The translations under genes were made by a program, and so were the position numbers. DNA of 64,000 bases, taken from assembly GCA_045542075.1 (NCBI GenBank), contig JAZQKI010000048.1:41036-105035 (forward strand). Direction: 5' to 3'. The stretch comes from Eubacteriales bacterium. Its GTDB lineage: Bacteria > Bacillota > Clostridia > Oscillospirales > CAG-272. The notes under the pieces were generated by a model. It ran no database searches, was not told the origin of the DNA, and saw nothing but the letters and a program-made list of their open reading frames with translations. This document shows positions 48,503 to 58,862 of this stretch, piece by piece (position 1 is the first letter of the stretch; each line of letters begins with the position of its first letter).

Positions 48503-49387
48503 TCACAGGTTGCTCGACGTTACAGTGGGCCTTTGAGTCTGCTTTCTGAACGTGATGGGGGTTATGCCCTCCTGCTTCTTGAATGCCTTGAAAAAGAGGA
48601 CGTGGTCCTTGTATCCGCACATTTCACCTATCTCACTTGCGCTGAGGTCTGTTTCCTGCAATAGCTTTTTGGCGTATGATATGCGCTTTGATGCGACGTA
48701 CTGCATAGGCGGCTTGCCCATATACTTTTTGAACACATGTGAGAGATAATATTTGCTTATCTTCAGCTCCTCGCAGATCTCGTCCATGGACTCGATCTCG
48801 GTGAAGTGCTTGTTAAGATAATTATGTATACGGGTAAAAATACCGTTGGTCACAAATCTTGCCTCGGATATGTTGGCAAGACGCAGGATGCCTATCATAA
48901 TAAGCCGAGCCAGGTATTTGGCAAATATTTCATTATACGGCTTATCCGACGCAACCTCTTTTACAAGTGACATAAAATAGAACTCATATTCCTCCTCGTA
49001 CTGTCCCGTGTGAAGGATCGGAGAGGTGTTTTGGTCAAGAATATAGTCGGACGGAAGATTTCCTATTTTGAAATTGGAGATCCCGAAAAACGCAAGCTCA
49101 ATGCCTCCCTTTCCCGTTGTGGACTCGGCATGGCGCACCTCGGGGTTGTAAACGATAATATCCCCCTTCTTAACTTCATATTCTATTTCATTAACCGTGA
49201 CCTTGCCCTCTCCCGATATAACAAACATAATTTCGCAGAACGGATGACTATGCGCCTTCTCATTCCACTCCTTGATTCTCTCAAGCTTACCGGCATACAG
49301 ACATTTTGTATCAAGCTTGATCGCGTCGACCTTGGTATATGCCACCTGCCTCGGGTCGAAATCTACACCGAATGATTCGTTTTTCAT
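48503..49387 (-). CDS. AraC-family transcriptional regulator
   Basis: Cupin HSHPFCEIMFV...VRHAE; C-terminal double HTH ISKYYLSHVFKK...FKKQEGITP. Confidence 0.93.
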   Translation of the reverse strand: MKNESFGVDFDPRQVAYTKVDAIKLDTKCLYAGKLERIKEWNEKAHSHPFCEIMFVISGEGKVTVNEIEYEVKKGDIIVYNPEVRHAESTTGKGGIELAFFGISNFKIGNLPSDYILDQNTSPILHTGQYEEEYEFYFMSLVKEVASDKPYNEIFAKYLARLIMIGILRLANISEARFVTNGIFTRIHNYLNKHFTEIESMDEICEELKISKYYLSHVFKKYMGKPPMQYVASKRISYAKKLLQETDLSASEIGEMCGYKDHVLFFKAFKKQEGITPITFRKQTQRPTVTSSNL

Positions 49388-49694
49388 TTATATTCTCCAA
49401 AATTGTATTAGGCTTTTTGTATATAATACATAAAAAATTGTCAATTATTGTTTTGCTGGAAAAAAGTTAATTTTTATGAAATTCCTCCAATATTGGGTAA
49501 CTTTTAATTTGCAAAATATATAAAATGCCTTATTTAATAACGATATTATAGCATATACTTTTAGCAATTGCAATAGGTTTTTGAAAAATTTGTGTTTATT
49601 TTTGTGATTTATTTTGCATTTTATGATATTGAAAAATATTGTGGAAGGTTTATAATTATAAGGTAAGGTGTAGAAAAAGAAAGGGGGGTATCTT

Positions 49695-51200
49695 ATGCCG
49701 CAAAATCTTTTGCTCGAAATGAACGGTATCCATAAGAGATTCCATGGTGTACATGCACTCAAGGGAGTTCATCTCGATCTTAAATTCGGCGAAGTCCACG
49801 CGCTCGTAGGTGAAAACGGCGCTGGTAAGTCCACCTTGATGAAGGTCCTCACAGGTATTCATCAGGCAGACGAAGGAACCATTACATACAATGGCGCTCC
49901 TTATTCAGTAAAGAATATAGGAGAATCTCAGAACTTGGGCATCAGTATGATACATCAGGAGCTTAACATGATGAATCATCTTACTGTTGCGCAGAATATC
50001 TTTATCGGAAGAGAATCAATGTCCGGTAAGGTATTCATCAACGATGAAGATATGATTAAGGAATCTGAAAAGCTCTTTAATCTTATCGGAATCAACATCG
50101 ACCCCAGAACAACTCTCGGCAAGCTCACAGTCGGCAAGCAGCAGATGGTTGAGATCGCAAAAGCGATCTCCAGAGACTGTAAGCTTCTCATTCTTGACGA
50201 GCCTACCGCGGCTCTCACACAGACCGAGATCGAAGAGCTCTTTAAGATAATGAAGGATCTTAAGAGCAAAGGTATAGGAATGATCTATATCTCCCACCGT
50301 ATGGATGAGATCAAGCGTATCTCCGACAGAATCACGGTAATGCGTGACGGTGAATACGTTGACACCGTGGTTACAAACGAGGTAACCAAGGACGAGATCA
50401 TCAATATGATGATCGGCCGTGTAGTTTACGAGGATCCCAAGACGCAGAGCGAGGTCGCTCCCGATGCTCCCGTTGTGCTTGAGGTCAAGAACCTTTGCAG
50501 CGGCAAGACCATCAAAGACGTAAGCTTCACACTCCGCCGCGGAGAAATCCTTGGCTTCTCAGGTCTTATGGGCGCAGGCAGAACCGAGGTTGCAAGAGCA
50601 ATATTCGGTGCAGACCCGTTTGACAGCGGTGAGATATATGTAAACGGCGAAAAGGTAAACATAAAGACTCCCACCGACGCGGTAAAGCACGGCATCGGTT
50701 ATCTTTCCGAGGACAGAAAGAGATACGGTCTTATGCTATTCAAGTCCGTAGCTGAAAACACAGCTATATCCTCTATGGACCGTTACGTCAAGGGCGGCCT
50801 TATAAACGACAAGACTCTTAAGGAAGAGGCTGTTGAATACAACAACAAGCTTCGCACAAAGACCCCGTCTATCGACCAGCTCTTAAAGAACCTTTCGGGT
50901 GGTAACCAGCAGAAGGTTATTATCGCGAGATGGCTTATCAGAAACAGTGAGATACTTATCTTCGACGAGCCTACAAGAGGTATCGACGTAGGTGCAAAGA
51001 GTGAAATCTACACTCTTATGAACGAGCTTTCAAAACAGGGCAAATCCATTATTATGATCTCCTCCGAGCTTGTTGAGATCCTCCGTATGAGCGACAGAGT
51101 GCTTGTAATGTGCGAGGGCAGAAAGACGGGAGAGCTTGACATTTCCGAAGCTAACCAGGAAAATATTATGAAACTTGCCACAATGCGGGAGGAGAACTGA
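49695..51200 (+). CDS. Monosaccharide ABC transporter ATP-binding protein (RbsA-like)
   Basis: GENGAGKST, two ABC domains, LSGGNQQKV, DEPTRGIDVGAK. Confidence 0.95.
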   Translation: MPQNLLLEMNGIHKRFHGVHALKGVHLDLKFGEVHALVGENGAGKSTLMKVLTGIHQADEGTITYNGAPYSVKNIGESQNLGISMIHQELNMMNHLTVAQNIFIGRESMSGKVFINDEDMIKESEKLFNLIGINIDPRTTLGKLTVGKQQMVEIAKAISRDCKLLILDEPTAALTQTEIEELFKIMKDLKSKGIGMIYISHRMDEIKRISDRITVMRDGEYVDTVVTNEVTKDEIINMMIGRVVYEDPKTQSEVAPDAPVVLEVKNLCSGKTIKDVSFTLRRGEILGFSGLMGAGRTEVARAIFGADPFDSGEIYVNGEKVNIKTPTDAVKHGIGYLSEDRKRYGLMLFKSVAENTAISSMDRYVKGGLINDKTLKEEAVEYNNKLRTKTPSIDQLLKNLSGGNQQKVIIARWLIRNSEILIFDEPTRGIDVGAKSEIYTLMNELSKQGKSIIMISSELVEILRMSDRVLVMCEGRKTGELDISEANQENIMKLATMREEN

Positions 51201-51204
51201 TATT

Positions 51205-52452
51205 ATGAAAAATCAAAACACACCGTTCGGCGCAAAGCTGAACTTCAGAGGTAAGGTGCGCCAGGCAGGCGTAGGTACCGTAAACTACTTTAAGACAACA
51301 GGTAAGCAGAACCTCGTTATCGTGCTTGCTACAATAGCACTCTTCATCGTGTTCACGCTTATCAACCCCAACTTCGCGAGCAAGAGCAACCTGCTCCTTA
51401 TGAGCAAGTCTCTCGTTCCCTACGCAATACTTGCTCTCGGCGTTACTTTCGTAATCGCAACGGGCGGTATCGACCTTTCGATCGGTACAGTTTGTATCGG
51501 CGCTCCCGTTCTTGCAGGTGCTATCTGCTCCACGGGCGTTACACAGGATGAAGGTACGCTTTGGCTCACTATCCCGATCATCCTCTGTACAGGTCTTCTC
51601 TTCGGTCTTATCAACGGCTTCCTTATTGCAAAGTGCAAGATCGCTCCCTTTATAGCAACTCTCGGCACAATGCTTTTCTCCCGTGGTATGACATCCGTAA
51701 TAGCACAGTACATCACAGAAAAGACATCCGCTATCAAGTACCCCACAACAGGTTGGTTCCAGAAGATCTTCACAAGCTATGAAGGATTCCCCATCGGTAT
51801 TCTCTGGGTATTGATCCTTACAGCTATCTGTATGGTAGTTATGTTCAAGACAAAGATCGGTAGATACATTCTCGCGATCGGCTCCAACGAGGAGGCTGCT
51901 CGTCTCTCCGGTATCAACGTAGACAAGTATAAGATCATCGCTTACGCGATCGGTGGTCTTTTCGCAGGTATCGCGGCTCTCTTCTGGACAGCTGCTAACC
52001 CCTCTCTCACACTCGCATCCGGTAACGGTATGGAGCTTGACGCTATCGCGGGCGTTTACATCGGCGGTACATCCACAACAGGTGGCGCTGCGTCCGTAAT
52101 GGGTACTATCTTCGGTTCTATAATACTCGTAGTTATCCGTCAGGGTCTTAACATCGCCCTTATGACATTCGATATCAACCTCTCCGCTACATTTATTACA
52201 TATGCGGTAACAGGCGTTATCGTTGTAGGTGCTGTTCTTCTCGACGTACTTAAGAAGAAGTCCGCTAACAAGGTCAAGATCGAAACTCCCGCTCAGAAGC
52301 AGAAGAGAGAGATCAAGGAAAGAATTGCAGAGCTCAGGGTTGAACAAGACTATGCGCTTTCCGCAAAGAACAACCCTGAGGCAGACGCTCGCGCAGAGGC
52401 AATTCCTGCCGAGATCGCAGCCCTCAAGGCAGAATACAAGTCCGTTAAATAA
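51205..52452 (+). CDS. Monosaccharide ABC transporter permease (RbsC-like) with C-terminal extension
   Basis: GGIDLSIG, IAPFIATLG, AIGSNEEAARLSGINV, ELDAIAGVYIGG. Confidence 0.93.
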   Translation: MKNQNTPFGAKLNFRGKVRQAGVGTVNYFKTTGKQNLVIVLATIALFIVFTLINPNFASKSNLLLMSKSLVPYAILALGVTFVIATGGIDLSIGTVCIGAPVLAGAICSTGVTQDEGTLWLTIPIILCTGLLFGLINGFLIAKCKIAPFIATLGTMLFSRGMTSVIAQYITEKTSAIKYPTTGWFQKIFTSYEGFPIGILWVLILTAICMVVMFKTKIGRYILAIGSNEEAARLSGINVDKYKIIAYAIGGLFAGIAALFWTAANPSLTLASGNGMELDAIAGVYIGGTSTTGGAASVMGTIFGSIILVVIRQGLNIALMTFDINLSATFITYAVTGVIVVGAVLLDVLKKKSANKVKIETPAQKQKREIKERIAELRVEQDYALSAKNNPEADARAEAIPAEIAALKAEYKSVK

Positions 52453-52534
52453 TAGGTAACGGCAAAAAAACAGTAATTAAAACCTGGTGAAGGGTTTTAT
52501 TAAATAATTTATTAATTTTCAGGAGGAATCCACA

Positions 52535-53569
52535 ATGAAAAAGTTCACAAAGATCCTCGCGATCGTTTTGGCTCTCACATGCACACTTTGTGCATTCGTA
52601 GCATGCCAGCCTAAGGACGAAGGCGACGGCAAGGGTACAATCGCAGTTATCGCTAAGGGCGAAACACACGCTTTCTGGCAGGCTGTTAAGGCAGGCGCAG
52701 AGCAGGCTGGTAAGGACTACGGCTACAACGTAACCTTCCGCGGACCTACAGCAGAGTCTGAGGAGTACGTTGGTACACAGAGAGAAATGGTTCAGGCAGC
52801 TCTCAACGACAAGAGCGTTAAGGGTATCGTTCTTGCAACAATCGGTCTTGGCTTCGGCGAAGAGCTCAACCAGGCATTTGAGAAGGGTATTCCCGTAGTT
52901 GAATTCGACTCCGGTCTTTACAACAACAATGCAGACGTAACATCCGGCAAGGACCCCGTTATCGGTAGCGTTGCTACTGACAACAAGGCTGCTGCAGGCG
53001 TAGTTGCTGAAAACTTCTTCAAGTACCTTAAGGACAACGGCCTTGCAGTTAACGGCTACAAGGTAGGTATCATTCAGCACGACTCCACATCCACAGGTAT
53101 CGACAGAGCTGCTGGATTCAAGGAGGGTATGGAAAAGGCTGCTCAGGCTGCAGGCATCACTCTCGACATCAAGGTTGAGGTTAAGACAAACAACTCCGGT
53201 GAGTACAAGCTCGGTCTCACAGCTCTCAAGGAGTGGGGCGCACAGTCCATCTTCATGACAAACGAAGGCGTTGTTAACGAAGTATTCCCTGAGATCTCCG
53301 ATAACGCAGCTAACTACAAGGACATCCTCTTCTGCGGATTTGACGCAGGTACAAACCAGTACAACTGGATGAAGGATCACGGCGAGAACTATGCTCTCCT
53401 CGTTGGTTCCGTTGCACAGGACTCCTACAACATCGGCTACAGAGCAGTTGAGCTCGCAGCTAAGAAGCTCGCTGGCGAATCCGTTACTGACGTTGGTATC
53501 GCAGGTGTATGGTACACATCTGAGAACATCGACGAGCAGAAGGATAAGAACATCTTCTACATGGGCTAA
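52535..53569 (+). CDS. Monosaccharide ABC transporter substrate-binding lipoprotein
   Basis: FVAC lipobox, HAFWQAVKAGA, ATDNKAA, GFDAG, AQDSYNIGY. Confidence 0.93.
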   Translation: MKKFTKILAIVLALTCTLCAFVACQPKDEGDGKGTIAVIAKGETHAFWQAVKAGAEQAGKDYGYNVTFRGPTAESEEYVGTQREMVQAALNDKSVKGIVLATIGLGFGEELNQAFEKGIPVVEFDSGLYNNNADVTSGKDPVIGSVATDNKAAAGVVAENFFKYLKDNGLAVNGYKVGIIQHDSTSTGIDRAAGFKEGMEKAAQAAGITLDIKVEVKTNNSGEYKLGLTALKEWGAQSIFMTNEGVVNEVFPEISDNAANYKDILFCGFDAGTNQYNWMKDHGENYALLVGSVAQDSYNIGYRAVELAAKKLAGESVTDVGIAGVWYTSENIDEQKDKNIFYMG

Positions 53570-53616
53570 TATCAAGCTCGATTATACAGTAAAAAACTGA
53601 ATAATTAAATTATCAG

Positions 53617-53648
53617 AGTCCCTCCCTGTTTTGGCAGGGAGGGACTTT
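53617..53648 (+). terminator. Hairpin after ABC operon
   Basis: agtccctccctg-ttttgg-cagggagggact-tt. Confidence 0.75.
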
Positions 53649-53734
53649 GAAGTAGAGTGGCTACTCTGAAATTAATCAAATTAAACAAGTTCAAATTGAA
53701 ACCAATAAAGACTATATAAATTGGAGGAATTATT

Positions 53735-55564
53735 ATGGCACAGAACAGATACGTTGGCGATTATCCCGTAATCGGTATTCGTCCCATAGTTGACGGCAGA
53801 CGCGGACCTATGATGCTCCGTGAATCCCTTGAGCCCCTCGTATGGGCTATGGCAGAAGCCGCTAAAAAGCTCTTTGAAGAAAATCTTTTCTACTCTAACG
53901 GCGAGCCCGTAAAGGTAGTTATGGCAGACACCTGCATCGGTCGTGTTCCCGAGGCTGCCGCTTGCGCAAACAAGTTCAAGAAGGAAGGCGTTTCCATTAC
54001 CCTTTCCGTTACTCCTTGCTGGTGCTACGGCTCCGAGACAATGGATATGGATCCTCACACCATCAAGGGCGTTTGGGGCTTCAACGGCACAGAGCGTCCC
54101 GGCGCAGTTTACCTTGCGGCAGTTCTCGCAGGTCACGCGCAGAAGGGTCTTCCCGCGTTCGGTATTTACGGACACGAGGTTCAGGACAGAGACCAGGTAA
54201 CTCAGATTCCCGAGGACGTTAAGGAAAAGCTCCTCCGCTTCGGCCGCGCTGCAGTTGCAGTTGCAACAATGAGAGGCAAGTCTTACCTCCAGATCGGCTC
54301 ACAGTGTATGGGTATTGCGGGCTCCATCATGGATCAGTCCATGCTTGAGGAATACTTTGGCATGAGAGTTGAGTCTGTTGATGAGGTTGAGATCCTTCGT
54401 AGAATGGAAGAAGGAATCTACTGTGAGGAAGATTATCAGAAGGCACTCGCTTGGACTCTTGAGCATTGCAAGGAAGGCCGCGACGATAACCCCGAATCCG
54501 TTGATTTCCTTGGCGAGGAGCGCAGAATAAAGTTCACACCCGAAGAAAAGATGAAGCAGTGGGAATTCACCGTAAAGATGTACTGCATCATCAAGGACCT
54601 TATGGCAGGCAACAAGAATCTTCCCGATCAGTTCGAGGAAGAAAAGGTCGGACACAACGCGATCGCAGGCGGCTTCCAGGGTCAGAGACAGTGGACAGAC
54701 CACTGGCCCAACTGTGACTACCCCGAGGCTCTTCTCTCCTCCACCTTTGACTATGAGGGCGCTCGCGAGCCCTATACTCTCGCTACAGAGAACGACATTC
54801 TCAACGGCATGGGTATGCTCATGATGAGATTGCTCACACATAGAGCTCAGATATTTGCTGACGTTCGTACATATTGGTCCGGCGAGGCTACCGAAAGAGT
54901 AACAGGCTACAAGCTCGAGGGTAAGGCTGCTGAATCCAACGGTATCATCCACCTTCTCAACTCGGGTGCCGCTTGTCTTGACGCTTCCGGTGTCTGCACA
55001 GACGAGAATGGCAACGCTACCATGAAGAAGTGGTGGGAGGTTACCGACGAGGATATCAAGAAGATGACCGACGCTACCGTTTGGTGCGAGGCAGGCTTCG
55101 ACAACTTCCGCGGCGGCGGATTCTCGTCCCACTACACAACAAAGGCTGAAATGCCCTGTACTATGATCAGACTCAATCTTGTTAAGGGTCTCGGTCCCGT
55201 TCTTCAGATCGCTGAGGGTTGGACTGTAAACCTTCCCGACGAGGTTTCCGATAAGCTCATGGAAAGAACTAACCCCACATGGCCCTGCACTTGGTTCGCT
55301 CCTCGTTGCGACGGCAAGGAAGGCTCTCCCTTCAAGACAGCTTATGAGGTAATGATGAACTGGGGCGCTAACCACGGTGCTATCTCCTACGGTCACATAG
55401 GCGCAGACCTTATCACAATGTGCTCTATGCTCCGTATTCCCGTTTGCATGCACAACGTTCCCGAGGACGAGATCTACCGTCCCGCAGCTTGGAATGCATT
55501 CGGTATGGATAAGGAAGGTCAGGACTACCGCGCTTGCGCAACCTACGGTCCTATGTACAAGTAA
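53735..55564 (+). CDS. fucI: L-fucose isomerase (D-arabinose isomerase activity also known for this family)
   Basis: IGIRPIVDGRR, TPCWCYGSETMD, GFQGQRQWTD, ATENDILN, NWGANHGAISYGHIGADL. Confidence 0.95.
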   Translation: MAQNRYVGDYPVIGIRPIVDGRRGPMMLRESLEPLVWAMAEAAKKLFEENLFYSNGEPVKVVMADTCIGRVPEAAACANKFKKEGVSITLSVTPCWCYGSETMDMDPHTIKGVWGFNGTERPGAVYLAAVLAGHAQKGLPAFGIYGHEVQDRDQVTQIPEDVKEKLLRFGRAAVAVATMRGKSYLQIGSQCMGIAGSIMDQSMLEEYFGMRVESVDEVEILRRMEEGIYCEEDYQKALAWTLEHCKEGRDDNPESVDFLGEERRIKFTPEEKMKQWEFTVKMYCIIKDLMAGNKNLPDQFEEEKVGHNAIAGGFQGQRQWTDHWPNCDYPEALLSSTFDYEGAREPYTLATENDILNGMGMLMMRLLTHRAQIFADVRTYWSGEATERVTGYKLEGKAAESNGIIHLLNSGAACLDASGVCTDENGNATMKKWWEVTDEDIKKMTDATVWCEAGFDNFRGGGFSSHYTTKAEMPCTMIRLNLVKGLGPVLQIAEGWTVNLPDEVSDKLMERTNPTWPCTWFAPRCDGKEGSPFKTAYEVMMNWGANHGAISYGHIGADLITMCSMLRIPVCMHNVPEDEIYRPAAWNAFGMDKEGQDYRACATYGPMYK

Positions 55565-55579
55565 TTTAATACTGAATTT

Positions 55580-55607
55580 GGGGAGGAGCTTGCTCCTCCC
55601 CTTTTTT
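55580..55607 (+). terminator. Terminator after fucI
   Basis: ggggaggagc-tt-gctcctcccc-tttttt. Confidence 0.85.
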
Positions 55608-55649
55608 GTGTCAAGACCTGTCCACATAATATAAATATTGTAAAATCTA

Positions 55650-55678
55650 TTGCAATCAGGCGGGGTTTGTGATATAAT
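55650..55678 (+). promoter_or_regulatory. sigmaA promoter of GH78 gene
   Basis: TTGCAA-17bp-TATAAT with extended TG. Confidence 0.75.
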
Positions 55679-55760
55679 TATTTAGAATGCAGAAATGTTT
55701 TTTGTTGCATTTATCTACTAATCTGACGGTAGTTGGAGCAAAAGAAAGGCGCACTCCGTT

Positions 55761-57446
55761 ATGTCAAAGGTCAATGAAAAATTCCCTGCTTTGAATGGGA
55801 CGTTAAGAGATCAGAGAACAAGAAGATACCTTGTTCCCAAAAAGATCATATTTACACAGGGAGACGTTAGGAATACGGCATCTCTCCTTGTTGAAAAGAC
55901 CAATCAGATAACACTTGATCCCGGTCAAGGCTGCATCTTGAAAAACAGCGGTGACGGGCCTCGTGCGGCGATACTCGTGGACTTTGGAATTGAGTTCCCG
56001 GGCAGTCTGCGTCTTATGGTCTGGAGCGTGGAGGGAGAAAACAGCAGAGCCAACATTCTTGTCCGCTTCGGCGAGAGTGTAAGCGAGGCTATGGCTCAAA
56101 TATCTGAGGGAAACGCAACTAACGATCACGCAAACCGCGACCGCGTAATGAACGTCGGCTTCCTTTCCTCCAACGAGACCAACGAGTCGGGATACCGATT
56201 TGCGTATATTGAGCTTCTTGAGCCGAATGGACTTGTTGAATTCAAGGCTATTCAGGGCGTGTTTACATATCTTGACCTTGATTATAAGGGCTCATTTGAA
56301 TGCAGCGATGAAAAAATCAACCGTATATGGAACACCTCGGCTTACACCGCTCACGTAAATATGCAGGAATATCTCTGGGACGGAATAAAGAGAGACCGTC
56401 TGGTATGGATAGGAGATATGCATACTGAGGTTCGCTCTATTCTTACCGTCTTTGGAGACAACGAGGTTATTGAGAGATCTCTTGATCTCGTCAGAGATGA
56501 AACTCCCGTGGGCAAATGGATGAACGGAATGTCGTCTTATTCTCTCTGGTGGCTGCTTATTCAGCGCGACCTTTACAGGATCACGGGAAATATGGAGTAT
56601 CTCTCGGAGCAAAAGCAATATCTCTCAGGGCTTCTTTCCGTGCTTTTAGACTGTGTCGACGAGGACGGTGTAGAGCATATGCCCGAGGACAGATTTATAG
56701 ATTGGCCCAACCGAGAAAATTATGCTGCCGTACACGCAGGTCTTCAGGGATTGCTTAAGATGGCGCTTGAGCGCGGAGCGGAGCTTCTCGAAATTCTCGG
56801 GGAGGACAAACTTTCGGACAAGTGTCTTTTGTCAGCACAAAGAATGTCGCGTCACGTCCCTGATTGCGCAGGCTCAAAGCAAGCCGCTTCTCTGCTTATC
56901 CTTGCGGACATAGGCGACAGAGAAAAGCTTCACCGCGAGGTGATCGCCCCCGGCGGTGCTATGGGATACTCAACGTTCTTTGGATATTATATTCTCGCCG
57001 CAAAGGCTCTTGCGGGGGATCTCGCGGGCGCGCTTGAGGATATGAAGACATATTTTGGCGGAATGCTCGACGTGGGCGCTACTACGTTCTGGGAGGATTT
57101 CAACATCCTGTGGCTTGAAAATTCGTCAAGGATAGACAGTCTTGTGCCGGAGGGCAAAGTAGATATTCACAAGACTTACGGTGACTTTTGTTATAAAGGA
57201 TTCCGTCATTCGCTATGTCACGGCTGGGCGTCGGGTCCCTGCCCCTTCCTTACAAATTACGTGCTTGGAGTGAAGGCTCTGGCCTGTGACGTCTATGACA
57301 TAAAGCCTAACCTTGCCTTTCTTGAATGGGCGAAGGGTACTGTACCCACTCCTCTCGGCATTATTGAGGTCTCGGCTAAAAAGGTTGACGGCAAGGTGAC
57401 AGTCCGTATCAATTCACCCGAGGGCATTACCGTCATTACAGATTGA
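55761..57446 (+). CDS. Alpha-L-rhamnosidase-like glycoside hydrolase (GH78)
   Basis: DGIKRDRLVWIGD, FIDW, GATTFWE, SLCHGWASGP, VPTPLGIIEV. Confidence 0.85.
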   Translation: MSKVNEKFPALNGTLRDQRTRRYLVPKKIIFTQGDVRNTASLLVEKTNQITLDPGQGCILKNSGDGPRAAILVDFGIEFPGSLRLMVWSVEGENSRANILVRFGESVSEAMAQISEGNATNDHANRDRVMNVGFLSSNETNESGYRFAYIELLEPNGLVEFKAIQGVFTYLDLDYKGSFECSDEKINRIWNTSAYTAHVNMQEYLWDGIKRDRLVWIGDMHTEVRSILTVFGDNEVIERSLDLVRDETPVGKWMNGMSSYSLWWLLIQRDLYRITGNMEYLSEQKQYLSGLLSVLLDCVDEDGVEHMPEDRFIDWPNRENYAAVHAGLQGLLKMALERGAELLEILGEDKLSDKCLLSAQRMSRHVPDCAGSKQAASLLILADIGDREKLHREVIAPGGAMGYSTFFGYYILAAKALAGDLAGALEDMKTYFGGMLDVGATTFWEDFNILWLENSSRIDSLVPEGKVDIHKTYGDFCYKGFRHSLCHGWASGPCPFLTNYVLGVKALACDVYDIKPNLAFLEWAKGTVPTPLGIIEVSAKKVDGKVTVRINSPEGITVITD

Positions 57447-57485
57447 TATTTATATAAAACAAATAATTTCACACACGGAGGCGCT

Positions 57486-58853
57486 ATGCAAATAGTTATC
57501 ATTGGAAACGGTGTCGTTGGCGACACTTTAATATCTTCCATATGCGCAGAGGGACACAACGTCACGGTAATTGACGAAAATCCCGCTCTTATAGACGAGG
57601 TTGTAAATAAATATGATGTTTTCGGTGTAGTAGGCAACGGAGCATCGGTAGATATTCAACGCGAGGCAAACGTGCAGAATTGCGACGTGATCATATCAGT
57701 AGCTACCGAGGACGAGCTTAACCTGCTTTGCTGTATGATAGGCAAACGTCTTGGCGCGGCCCACGCGATAGCGAGAGTCCGCAATCCGCAGTACCTAAAG
57801 CAGATGGGCTTTATGTGCGAGGAGCTCGGAATAGACCTCATCGTTAACCCTGAATACGAGGCGGCTCGTGAAGCGGCAAGAATTATACGCTTCCCTGTTG
57901 CTATGAAGCTTGACAAGTTTGCCAAGGGACGCGTTGAGGTGGTAGATATCTTTATCGACAACGGCCATCCGCTCGTAGGTCAGAAGCTTTTTGAGCTTCG
58001 CTCAAAATATTCCACAAACGTCATTGTCTGCGCGGTCAGACACGGCACCGACGTCGTAATCCCCGGCGGTGATTACGTCATCAGAGAGGGCGATTATATC
58101 TCAATCACCGCATCCCGTAAGGATATATCCGACTTTTTCGTAAAGCTTGGGATCCTTGTCAAGAGAATAAAGAACGTGTTTATAATCGGCGGAAACAGTA
58201 TATCCAGATACCTCGCCGATATGCTCTCGTCGGGTGGATTCCGAGTCAAGATAATTGAGGGCAACGAGGAGGTATGCCACGAGCTTGCCGACCTTTTCCC
58301 AAAGGCGGAGATAATCTGCGGAGACGCCGCAGACCCCGACCTGCTTGTTGAGGAGGGAATCAACTCCGCTGATGCCTGCGTTGCTATGACGTCTGACGAT
58401 AAGAACAACATAATCATTTCCATGTTTGCAAAGAATCACGGCGTTGACAAGGTGATCGCGAGGGTATCCGCTCAATCATTTGGAAAGCTTTCCGAGGTAG
58501 CGGGAATCGACTCTGATATCAACCCTAAATACATAACCGCAACTCATGTAATAAGATACGTGCGCGGCCTTGCAAACCTTAAAAACAACGCTTCGCAGAG
58601 CACGATAAAGACTCTTTACAAGCTTGCCGACAACAAAGTAGAGGCATTGGAGTTCGACGTTGGAAGCGATTTCAGCCAAACCGGTATCCCGCTTAAGGAT
58701 CTGAGACTGAAAAGAAGCCTTCTTCTCGCGGCGATCATCCGCGACGGAGAGGTCATATACCCCAACGGTCAGACAACCCTTGAAGTTGGAGACAGTGTGA
58801 TAATTGTCACTATCAACGACCGTATGTATACACTTGAAGACATTCTTTTGTGA
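57486..58853 (+). CDS. trkA: Trk potassium transporter regulatory subunit
   Basis: Two RCK N/C repeats, GNGVVG, AHAIARVRNPQY. Confidence 0.93.
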   Translation: MQIVIIGNGVVGDTLISSICAEGHNVTVIDENPALIDEVVNKYDVFGVVGNGASVDIQREANVQNCDVIISVATEDELNLLCCMIGKRLGAAHAIARVRNPQYLKQMGFMCEELGIDLIVNPEYEAAREAARIIRFPVAMKLDKFAKGRVEVVDIFIDNGHPLVGQKLFELRSKYSTNVIVCAVRHGTDVVIPGGDYVIREGDYISITASRKDISDFFVKLGILVKRIKNVFIIGGNSISRYLADMLSSGGFRVKIIEGNEEVCHELADLFPKAEIICGDAADPDLLVEEGINSADACVAMTSDDKNNIIISMFAKNHGVDKVIARVSAQSFGKLSEVAGIDSDINPKYITATHVIRYVRGLANLKNNASQSTIKTLYKLADNKVEALEFDVGSDFSQTGIPLKDLRLKRSLLLAAIIRDGEVIYPNGQTTLEVGDSVIIVTINDRMYTLEDILL

Positions 58854-58862
58854 GGGTAGGAT

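Noticed and set aside
51166-55627. Long antisense ORFs (393, 376 and 442 aa) over the permease, binding protein and fucI
   Set aside because: Same shadow-ORF effect of strong codon bias in highly expressed genes; the sense proteins have clear family motifs.
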